From positions 1-38,283 of the forward strand of contig CAZANS010000001.1 in the NCBI GenBank assembly GCA_964486565.1: DNA of 38,283 bases, read 5' to 3'. This document shows positions 9,172-16,303 of this stretch, one piece after another (within the stretch, counting starts at the first letter, position 1; the number at the start of each line of letters is the position of its first letter). Source of the stretch: an uncultured Victivallales bacterium. GTDB taxonomy: Bacteria; Verrucomicrobiota; Lentisphaeria; Victivallales; JAADHT01. The notes under the pieces are model-generated. The model was not told where the DNA came from. It saw only the letters and a program-made list of their open reading frames with translations, and did not search any database. A program made the position numbers and the translations under genes.

Positions 9172-11456
9172 TTATCATCCCTTTCAGGCGCGGTAAGCAT
9201 GGCGAATATTATAGCGTTGCCGATGGCTCCCCCGGTGATGAACTGGAGTTTGCCGTCCCTTTGGGAGGGAGCACCCGCGAGGCACAGAGTGGCATAGAGC
9301 CTGATGAAGAAATGCCTGTCACGGAACATCCTCGCACCGGAGATTGAAAATCCCGTGGCCGAGGCGCTGAAACCCAGGAATATAGGCCCGGAGTCTATAT
9401 CGCCTGTTTCACCTCGCAGCCCTGCCGGGTACTCCTTCACCCCGCCGAATCTCAGGAATGATGAAGACAGCTCGTCCTTGAGGCTTTTGTAGAGCCTCCC
9501 TGCCATGGCTGGCTCCCCGAAGGAAAGCATGTAGATGCCCAGGGATGTTCCCGAGCCTCTGGGGTGGTCCGCCCTTTCGCCGGACAAGGGATTTATGCAC
9601 TGTATCAGCAGCCCGGTATCCTTGTCGGTATAGCGCGCCTCTAGGAGACGAAGGGATTCCTCCAGAAGCTCCCCGCTGCCCATCCCAGTGAGTTTATGGT
9701 GCAGCATTGCCGAGCCCAGCACGGCGCAGTTGTCAACGGGGTAAATCTCGCCGGGGTAGCTCTGCAGCAGGCGCAGGGTGCTTTGTCCGAGCCTGTCGAG
9801 CAGGTGTTTTGATATGCGGTCGTTCAGTTCAGCGAACCTCGACTCCAACACCAAGCTGCGATGCAGCGAGAGCGCAAGATTGAAGTAGCCAAGAAACGCC
9901 GCATGGTCCTTTTCAGATCCGATATCGTCTATCGGGTCGCTGCCCCACACCTCCAGGTCGAAGGATCTGGTGCCGGGATCAAGAATCCTGTCCAGGCAAA
10001 GCTCCATCGAGGAAAGATGCTGCTGTCTATGTTCGGCGTGCTTCATGGCCATCTGCCCGAAGCCCATCGCCGCCATCATGTATGACCCGAAAAGCCATTC
10101 CCCGTCGAACTGCGCCGATCCAGTGGAGAAATTCTCCCTTGAAAGGGATTGCCTGACAATGAAGTCAACATGGCGTGCCAGGGCGTTCTGGAGCGCGGGA
10201 TCGTTGTCGTACCACAGCCCTGCCCCCCTCGAGCACCACCAAGCCGGGAAAGAGTACAAGGCAATGACGAAGATCGCCGCGCAGGCCGAAGCCTTGGCGA
10301 TTGCCTTGAATTTAGGAATCCTCATTCCCTTGTGGAGGCCGAAGGCCTTTGCCGCCACCGAGCACACCAGGCCGAATGGCAGATAGCCCGAGTACCCCAA
10401 AACAGGCATCTCGAATATCCTCATCGCGTCAACGTAGGGTATGGCGTATGTCCACTTGGCGAGGCTGTGCCAGTTCCACATCTCCCAGAAGAAACCGCAG
10501 CACAGCGCCGCTGCCGCCAGCAGGCAGACATCTCTCCAGTCGCCGTCTGCGATATCCGCAAGGAATGTTTTTCTGCCGTAGAGCATCATCGTGGCCGACA
10601 GCATTCCCAGCGGCGCGAGCCAGAGCAGCGGGAAGAGCTGGCTTGGGAATATCCCGAGCATCAGCATCCCCGCGGAGGACAACAGGAAGATTGTCGCGGC
10701 GGCAGGCTTGGAATCGAGTCTAAAACAGATGAATCTGTCTAGCCCGGGAGACAGCCGGGGAAATGAACCGAGCAGGTCGCGTGTGCCCAGCACTGCCGGG
10801 AGGACAGTCGAGAAAGGAAGCGTGGCGAAAAGAAAATATTCCATAGCGCCCATGCCGCAGACACCCTCGTAAAACCAGTTCTGAACAAAACGGTTGAGAT
10901 ATTCGAAACTCCACCAGAAGCACGCGCTGGCCAGGAAAAGAGACGCGAAATATGTCTTGTTGTCCAGCATCATGCACCTTCCCGTCCGCCTGGATGCACA
11001 TGCGTTGACTGTCACAATGTAGGACACCCACAAGGGTGTAAATGTCATGTCCTGGAAACTAGAGAACCACTCGAGGCGTGTCCATGCCAGGAACCAGGAG
11101 CATATCCCGGCAACTATCCCCAGTGTTCCCCACCAGGGCCACTTGTGCCTTTCCCCCTGTTTATCCTGTCTATCAGAGCCGTTCAGGTCACCGCCCCCGG
11201 GGAGCTTGCGAAATTCGCAGAGGTTCGCTTTTACGACTCTCGCGACAAACAGGCAGACTACCGCGATGACAAGCATAGCCAGGAGGGCGAATGCCACCCA
11301 TGAGAACCCCGCATGCTCGACGTACTGCGAGACCGGGGGGAACTCGAGGTATCCGGGGGTAAGCCTCCCCGTCAAGCGAAGACCCGCCAAAGGCAGCAGA
11401 AGCAGCAGAAGGGCTGTCCCTGCCATAGCTTCCGGATAACGCACCCTGTTGTTCAT
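9168..11456 (-). CDS. Large (762 aa) polytopic membrane protein with a roughly 370-aa soluble alpha-helical C-terminal domain; function unknown
   Basis: I use the ATG at 11454-11456, which overlaps the TGA of the regulator gene (ATGA). The track ORF continues to 11774, but that stretch overlaps the regulator in another frame and is R/G/A-rich junk. The N-terminal half has many TM helices and the motif FWEMWNWHSLAKWTYAIPYV..FEMPVLGYSGYLPFG. The C-terminal half is hydrophilic and helical. Confidence 0.85.
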   Translation of the reverse strand: MNNRVRYPEAMAGTALLLLLLPLAGLRLTGRLTPGYLEFPPVSQYVEHAGFSWVAFALLAMLVIAVVCLFVARVVKANLCEFRKLPGGGDLNGSDRQDKQGERHKWPWWGTLGIVAGICSWFLAWTRLEWFSSFQDMTFTPLWVSYIVTVNACASRRTGRCMMLDNKTYFASLFLASACFWWSFEYLNRFVQNWFYEGVCGMGAMEYFLFATLPFSTVLPAVLGTRDLLGSFPRLSPGLDRFICFRLDSKPAAATIFLLSSAGMLMLGIFPSQLFPLLWLAPLGMLSATMMLYGRKTFLADIADGDWRDVCLLAAAALCCGFFWEMWNWHSLAKWTYAIPYVDAMRIFEMPVLGYSGYLPFGLVCSVAAKAFGLHKGMRIPKFKAIAKASACAAIFVIALYSFPAWWCSRGAGLWYDNDPALQNALARHVDFIVRQSLSRENFSTGSAQFDGEWLFGSYMMAAMGFGQMAMKHAEHRQQHLSSMELCLDRILDPGTRSFDLEVWGSDPIDDIGSEKDHAAFLGYFNLALSLHRSLVLESRFAELNDRISKHLLDRLGQSTLRLLQSYPGEIYPVDNCAVLGSAMLHHKLTGMGSGELLEESLRLLEARYTDKDTGLLIQCINPLSGERADHPRGSGTSLGIYMLSFGEPAMAGRLYKSLKDELSSSFLRFGGVKEYPAGLRGETGDIDSGPIFLGFSASATGFSISGARMFRDRHFFIRLYATLCLAGAPSQRDGKLQFITGGAIGNAIIFAMLTAPERDDK
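11206..11220. repeat. Iterated near-palindrome TGCGAAWTTCGCA, exact copy 1
   Basis: ttgcgaaattcgcag, inside the 762-aa membrane protein gene, read as C-E-F-R-K. Confidence 0.85.
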
Positions 11457-11854
11457 GATGCACCACCTCGCAGGCGAACAGCGGCGACACCGCCGCCATG
11501 CGGTATAGCGGCGTCCTTTGCCCTCGCAGCAGGCAAAGCGCTCATGGCCTCCCTCAGCACAAGCTCCAAGGCCCGCAGATAATCGTTGAACTGATCCACT
11601 CCCTTCTCTGAAAGACGGATGGTGGTGCAAGGCTTCAGCCTGACGAACTTCTTGCTGAGCTTTACCGCTCCCGCGTCCTGGAGGACCTTTAGATGCCGGT
11701 TCAGATTGCCGTCGGAGGCCTCGCAGGCCAGCTTGAGCTCGGTGAAGGTCATCCCTCCCGAGCTCGACGCGCACAGCGCCGACATGATCGCCAGGCGCTT
11801 CGGCTCATGGAATATCTTCTTCAAATCGTCGTAGGGATTGTCTTGCTTAATCAC
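11453..11854 (-). CDS. Winged-helix (ArsR/MarR-like) transcriptional regulator
   Basis: IFHEPKRLAIMSALCA..GMTFTELKLACEASDGNLNRHLKVLQDAGAVKL.K.F..LKPCTTIRLSEKG is a typical wHTH with a beta-wing. GTG start, preceded by GAGGTGA at a 6-nt spacing. Confidence 0.85.
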   Translation of the reverse strand: MIKQDNPYDDLKKIFHEPKRLAIMSALCASSSGGMTFTELKLACEASDGNLNRHLKVLQDAGAVKLSKKFVRLKPCTTIRLSEKGVDQFNDYLRALELVLREAMSALPAARAKDAAIPHGGGVAAVRLRGGAS

Positions 11855-11866
11855 TATTTTATCACC

Positions 11867-12470
11867 TCAATTCCCTTCTCTGCCATTTTCCCTCAGAAGA
11901 ATCATCCCCCCGACCGTCTCACCCACAAAAAATACCAGCCCCATCGGCCAAGCATTCGCAAAGGGCTGCGGGAAAACAAGAAAAAAAGCCCCGCAGGCCA
12001 TGTAGAACACGCCAACAAGATAATTGGCTCCAGGAAGATTGTTGCGGTAGGGCACATGCACCAAACCATACAATCCCATCCACATCCCGGGAAGCAGAAT
12101 AGTTTGACCGTGAAGAATCAACGACACTGAAAACACCGCCCCCCATCCCCAAGGCCGGCAGCGCATCAAACGCCGGGACAAGCCTGTCCAGACTCCGCCG
12201 AGCCTCGGGACTGTACAAAAACCAGTGGATCAATGAACCGTAATTCAACAAAAGCCCCAACGCCAGCACCACACCCCAACCAGCAAGCCGGGCATTGTCC
12301 GAAGCAGCCAGCACACCAGGCAACGACATCACCACCGCACCGCACAAAGCCGCAAGACCACCAAATATCCGCCCCCTACCCGAATATCCCCGGAAATTCT
12401 TGCGCTCCATCACCAGAGACTGAAGACGCCTCACCTGATCCAAGGCATCATGAACATGACTCGCTATCAT
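11867..12470 (-). pseudogene. Multi-TM membrane protein gene split by a +1 frameshift at a homopolymer (ORFs 11919-12503 and 11867-12181); first gene of the operon
   Basis: Frame A reads like a TM protein until ...PAFDALPALGMGG, then turns into implausible sequence. Frame B reads AVFSVSLILHGQTILLPGMWMGLYGLV...VFFVGETVGG from the same point. The switch coincides with the C6 run at 12139-12144 (G6 on the coding strand). The likely start is ATG 12468-12470 (MIASHV...), preceded by GGGGA. Confidence 0.6.
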
Positions 12471-12527
12471 AAACAAATCCCCATGAAATATCCAACTCAA
12501 CATCCAGCTTTACCGCAAAAACTAAGG

Positions 12528-12565
12528 ATAATATGACATCTAAAAAGTACTTTGCAAGGCAAAGT
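12528..12565 (-). promoter_or_regulatory. Candidate sigma70-type promoter with an overlapping 7-3-7 inverted-repeat operator, upstream of the membrane operon
   Basis: On the minus strand: ACTTTGC-CTT-GCAAAGT (12565-12549) contains TTGCAA (12557-12552), followed by an 18-nt spacer and TATTAT (12533-12528). It lies about 60 nt upstream of the first gene. Confidence 0.4.
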
Positions 12566-12677
12566 TTAAAGTTTTTTCGGTTTTTTTCTGCTGTAGGGCA
12601 ATTGTGTGGCCTCTTTGCGGGGTCGGCGCTACGGCACTGGAGGTGGAACAGGGGGAGGTGAGTGATGCTTGCCTGCC

Positions 12678-13499
12678 TCAGGCGGTTCTTTTCTTGACGG
12701 GCTTGTGGACTTTGCCGAAGTACTGCATGACTTTCTGGAGGTCTTCCCAGACGAGTTTCTTGGCATCCTGGTTTCTGAGGAGATACGCCGGATGGAAGGT
12801 TGGCATGACTTTGATCCCTTGGTAGGAGTCCCATCTGCCCCGGAGGCCTGTGATCCCGGCCTTGTTGAGGATATGCTTTAAGGGGACTGCGCCCAGGAGG
12901 ACGATGACCTTGGGGGAAACGATCTCGATCTGGCGCTTGAGGAAGGGCATGCAGGTCTTGGCCTCGGAGTCTTCCGGCACTCTGTTCCCAGGCGGTCTGC
13001 ACTTGACGATATTGGCGATGTAGACATCCGAGCGCTGGAACTGCATCGAGCCGATCATCTTGGTGAGGAGCTGTCCGGCGGCACCGACGAAGGGCACGCC
13101 CTGGTTGTCATCCTCGCTCCCGGGAGCCTCGCCTATGAACATCAGCTCCGCCGGAGCCTGACCGCAGCCGAAGACAACGTACTTCCTTCCATTGTGCAAG
13201 GGGCATCGGGTGCACTTCACAGCGACCTGGCGCAGTGTCTGCATATCCATGGATGACAGATCCGGCATCGGGGTCGCTGCAATGGATGCCTCAAGTTTCG
13301 GCACAGGCGGGTTTTTCGAGCCGGACAGCAGGATGGCGGGCCTCCCCTTCCGGGTGTCGGTGCCCCTGGCGGACGTAGCCGGACCGGAAAAGAACTCCGA
13401 CATGGCTCCAGACGACAAATCTGCGAATTTCGCAGACTCGCCCTCTATCTGAAGGGTCGTGACGATATCGTCAAACAATGTGATGGTGTCGCGGGTCAT
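12678..13499 (-). CDS. Uracil-DNA glycosylase, family 4
   Basis: Contains CTRCPLH....VVFG.G...ELMFIGEAPGSEDDNQGVPFVGAAGQLL......YIANIVKCRPPGNR.P......C.PFL..QI.......IVLLG...........HPAYLLRN. The first ATG is at 13497-13499; the track start at 13526 is a TTG. Confidence 0.9.
   Translation of the reverse strand: MTRDTITLFDDIVTTLQIEGESAKFADLSSGAMSEFFSGPATSARGTDTRKGRPAILLSGSKNPPVPKLEASIAATPMPDLSSMDMQTLRQVAVKCTRCPLHNGRKYVVFGCGQAPAELMFIGEAPGSEDDNQGVPFVGAAGQLLTKMIGSMQFQRSDVYIANIVKCRPPGNRVPEDSEAKTCMPFLKRQIEIVSPKVIVLLGAVPLKHILNKAGITGLRGRWDSYQGIKVMPTFHPAYLLRNQDAKKLVWEDLQKVMQYFGKVHKPVKKRTA
13421..13435. repeat. Iterated near-palindrome TGCGAAWTTCGCA, exact copy 2
   Basis: ctgcgaatttcgcag, inside the UDG gene, read on the coding strand as A-K-F-A. 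This is a different frame from copies 1 and 4. Confidence 0.85.
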
Positions 13500-13601
13500 T
13501 AAAACATACCTTGTCTTGCATTTCAATTCCAGCCTCTTGGCCGCCCGGCCCGAGCCTCTTGAGCCGACATCCTAATCTAACGGCTGCTCGATGGGAGCTA
13601 C

Positions 13602-13842
13602 ATTCAAGAGCGAAGTGCAACTTTATGTAGTTGATTAATATTGTCAATTGGTATATCTTTATTAATTGAACAAAATTAATCACTGACAACTGGAGTTGCT
13701 ATGTGTAAAAAATATACACAATTTACAATGAGAGAAAGATACACCATAGAATATCTAATGCAAGAAGAAAAAACACAAAAAATCATTGAACTATAAAACG
13801 CCAAGAGAATAAATTAACACCAAGTTGCACTTGAAACTTGAA
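13602..13842 (+). mobile_element. Miniature AT-rich element with imperfect terminal inverted repeats and an IS30-like transposase N-terminal remnant
   Basis: Left end cattcaagagcgaagtgcaactt (13601-13623). Right end aagttgcacttgaaacttgaa (13822-13842). The ends share 11 perfect bp plus a further 6-bp match. The interior is strikingly AT-rich. A 31-codon ORF at 13701-13796, MCKKYTQFTMRERYTIEYLMQEEKTQKIIEL*, resembles the HTH N-terminus of IS30-family transposases. Confidence 0.5.
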
Positions 13843-14086
13843 AACAGCTTGCCGTGTCTTGGTGGTCGAGTACAAGAATACGCGCGACTGGGATTAGCGG
13901 ACAACATCGAGAAGCGGCAGCTTGGCGCACTTTGGGAGCGGCGGCAAGGACTGGTCTGCGATACGTGCCAAGCTTGAAGGTTGACGATTACGGGTGAGGA
14001 GGAAGAGAAGAACGCTGATCGAGACGAGGGGCTGCCTGGGAACGCGGGGCTCTGTACCCGCTCTTCGATAGATTGGAGTGCAGATT

Positions 14087-16192
14087 CTACCAGTCCCTCA
14101 GGTTTTTTTTTGTCCTGGTGGATTTTTTCTCACGTTCTTTGAGTGCGTCACGGAGGTCTTTTTCCTCGTCGGCCATGAGTTCGAGGAGAGCCTCTGCCTG
14201 TGCGGGGTCTATCTCGCTCTCCTCCGGGGAGGCTTCCGCATCGGTTTCGCGAGTATCTTTATCAGGGCGCCTGTCTTGGGGCAGCTCACGATACTCCTGC
14301 TGCTCGGGCTTGTCCTTGTCCTCCCCCTTTTCGTTTTGGCTTTCGCTATCCTTATCGTCGTCTTTCTTTTCGGAGGCACCGAGGTGGTCCAGGGCGTTCT
14401 TGATATGATCCGCTGACTTTTCGCCCTTACCATCGCCGTGCTCGCTCATGGCCTGCTCGAGCTGCTCGAGAGCCTTGGTGGAGCTTTGCTCGATCTCCTT
14501 GTCCTGCTGTTTTTTCGCCTCCTCCTGGAGCTCCTGGACGGCATCTGCCGCCTGCTCCAGCTTTTCCTTTGTATCCCGGCGCTGCTGTTCCTTCTGTTGT
14601 TCGTCCTTTTGTTGGTTTTCCTTCTGTTGCTGCTGCATTGCCTGCTGTGTCTTGTCAACCGCGTTCTGCTGCTTGTCCTTCATGTCCTGCTGCATTTGTT
14701 TGATTTCCTTGGCCAGGGCGCGGTCGTGGAGAAGTTTCTGCTGGTTCAGGATCACATTTTTGAGGCTGGTGTCAGAGCGCATGGCCTCACGGTACAGCTC
14801 CTCTGTCCTGTCGAATACCTTAAGGGCCTTGTCTGGATTCCCCATCATCTCCTCTCGGCCGACAGTGTGTGATATCACACCAAGATTCTGGAAGGACTTC
14901 CCCCTTACCTCGGGCATGTCGGCAGACATGTTCACTGCCCTGTTGTATAGCTCGGCGGCCTCTGCCGTGTCTCCTTCGCGATGAAGCCTGAGGCCCTCAT
15001 TGTAGATATCTACAGCTGACCCTTTTGTTTGTTCTCTGACAGCCGGTTCGGGGTGGATCTCTCCCCCGAGTTCTAGTCCCCCGGAGCAAAATGCCATGCC
15101 GCCACCGAGGAAGCCGTCGAGGAACACGGCAAGAAACACCATCAGCGCCAGAGTTTTCGTTTCGCCTGCCGCCCTGAGTCTGGGAACTCCATTCCTCCTC
15201 TCCCCTATGCCTATACGGACAAGCAGCAGAAGCACCGCCGCAAGAAGCGGATAGTGAAACCTCTCTATCGGCCTCTTGTTGTGACCTTTCTCAAGCTCCC
15301 TTGGGACAAGGTTCCTGACTTTCTGAAGCACCGGCTGTAGCTCGGGCGAAGTCTCTGTTGAACGAGCGTATATCCCGCCCTCGACAGACATTGCCAGCGC
15401 CCTGAGGAGAGGCTCGTTGAGCCTGCTCACGACCAGCTCGCCAGCGGAATCGCGCAACAGGGCCGTCCTGCCGTCGTCGCCTCGGATTTTTATCAACCCA
15501 TCGCCGTCGGGATCTCCTATGCCAACAACAAATATCGGAATCTTCATCACCCTCAGCCTGTCAAGGGACTTTCGGGAATCCCCGTCCAGCTCGTCGCCGT
15601 CGGTCACAAGTATTATCGCCCTATGGCTCCCCTCGGCACCCTCGAACGCAGTCAGCGCAACACGTAGCGCCTGCTCGATGTTAGTTCCCCCCAAAGGGAT
15701 GCTGTCCGTGTTCAGCTCGTCCAGTGTGTGCATGAAGCTGGTCTTGTCAATCGTGAGGGGGCACTCGAGGAATGCGGACCCTGCGAACGCGATCAACCCG
15801 AAGCGGTCGCCCGGGCATTCCTTCACAAGCTCCCTCAGCAAAAGCTTGGCATGTTGAAGACGGCTGGGCTTAACATCTTCGGAGAGCATGCTCTTGGACA
15901 CGTCCAGCAAGACCATCAGATCCCTGCCCTGTCCCGAGAATGGAAGAATCTGCCAGCCCCATCTCGGCCTTGCCATCGCTACGACAAGCAGGCATATCGC
16001 GCAGAAAAGCAGCCACACCCGCAGATAGCGCCTCCCCTTTGAAAGGGTGGTGACCTGATGCTCGTCGGGGTTCCCGCCGAATATTGAGGTTAGCAAGTTT
16101 TTTTTCCTGACCGAAACGTAGTATACGAGCAGGGCGAAAACAGGCACTATCAGTGCCAGGCTCAGCAGAGACCATACGTTTTCGAATTCCAT
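14087..16192 (-). CDS. BatB-like von Willebrand factor A protein fused to a TPR region and a roughly 200-aa K/E/Q/D-rich tail
   Basis: N-terminal TM pair, then the VWA MIDAS motif DLMVLLDVSKSM...GGTNIEQAL...IILVTDGDE. A further TM segment follows, then a TPR-like stretch (AELYNRAVNM...FQNLGVI) and a low-complexity charged C-terminus. Confidence 0.9.
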   Translation of the reverse strand: MEFENVWSLLSLALIVPVFALLVYYVSVRKKNLLTSIFGGNPDEHQVTTLSKGRRYLRVWLLFCAICLLVVAMARPRWGWQILPFSGQGRDLMVLLDVSKSMLSEDVKPSRLQHAKLLLRELVKECPGDRFGLIAFAGSAFLECPLTIDKTSFMHTLDELNTDSIPLGGTNIEQALRVALTAFEGAEGSHRAIILVTDGDELDGDSRKSLDRLRVMKIPIFVVGIGDPDGDGLIKIRGDDGRTALLRDSAGELVVSRLNEPLLRALAMSVEGGIYARSTETSPELQPVLQKVRNLVPRELEKGHNKRPIERFHYPLLAAVLLLLVRIGIGERRNGVPRLRAAGETKTLALMVFLAVFLDGFLGGGMAFCSGGLELGGEIHPEPAVREQTKGSAVDIYNEGLRLHREGDTAEAAELYNRAVNMSADMPEVRGKSFQNLGVISHTVGREEMMGNPDKALKVFDRTEELYREAMRSDTSLKNVILNQQKLLHDRALAKEIKQMQQDMKDKQQNAVDKTQQAMQQQQKENQQKDEQQKEQQRRDTKEKLEQAADAVQELQEEAKKQQDKEIEQSSTKALEQLEQAMSEHGDGKGEKSADHIKNALDHLGASEKKDDDKDSESQNEKGEDKDKPEQQEYRELPQDRRPDKDTRETDAEASPEESEIDPAQAEALLELMADEEKDLRDALKEREKKSTRTKKNLRDW

Positions 16193-16264
16193 AAGCTTGT
16201 CAACTTTATCAAATCATGCCCTGAGTTTTTGACACTTGACAGAGGGCAAAGTTCCATGTGCTGT

Positions 16265-16279
16265 CTGCGAATTTCGCAG
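16265..16279. repeat. Iterated near-palindrome TGCGAAWTTCGCA, exact copy 3 (intergenic)
   Basis: ctgcgaatttcgcag, in the 111-nt spacer between the recN stop and the start of the Bat-like gene. Confidence 0.85.
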
Positions 16280-16303
16280 ATGGCTTGTTTTTTTAGGCGA
16301 TAT

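Noticed and set aside
11457-11774. 106-codon N-terminal extension of the 868-aa track ORF
   Set aside because: It overlaps the well-supported wHTH regulator gene in another frame and its translation is R/G/A-rich. The internal ATG at 11456 forms an ATGA junction with the regulator stop and begins a plausible signal/TM sequence.
12448-13002. 184-aa minus-strand ORF overlapping the UDG 3' half
   Set aside because: It is in a different frame from the motif-rich UDG gene on the same strand, and its translation is P/R/Q-rich junk.
14073-14984. Several plus-strand ORFs (111-178 aa) and apparent repetitiveness, suspected to be a tandem repeat or CRISPR-like region
   Set aside because: The region is the antisense of the K/E/Q/D-rich tail of the Bat-like gene. 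The repetitiveness is codon-level low complexity (GAA/CAG/AAG runs) without a fixed period or spacer structure.
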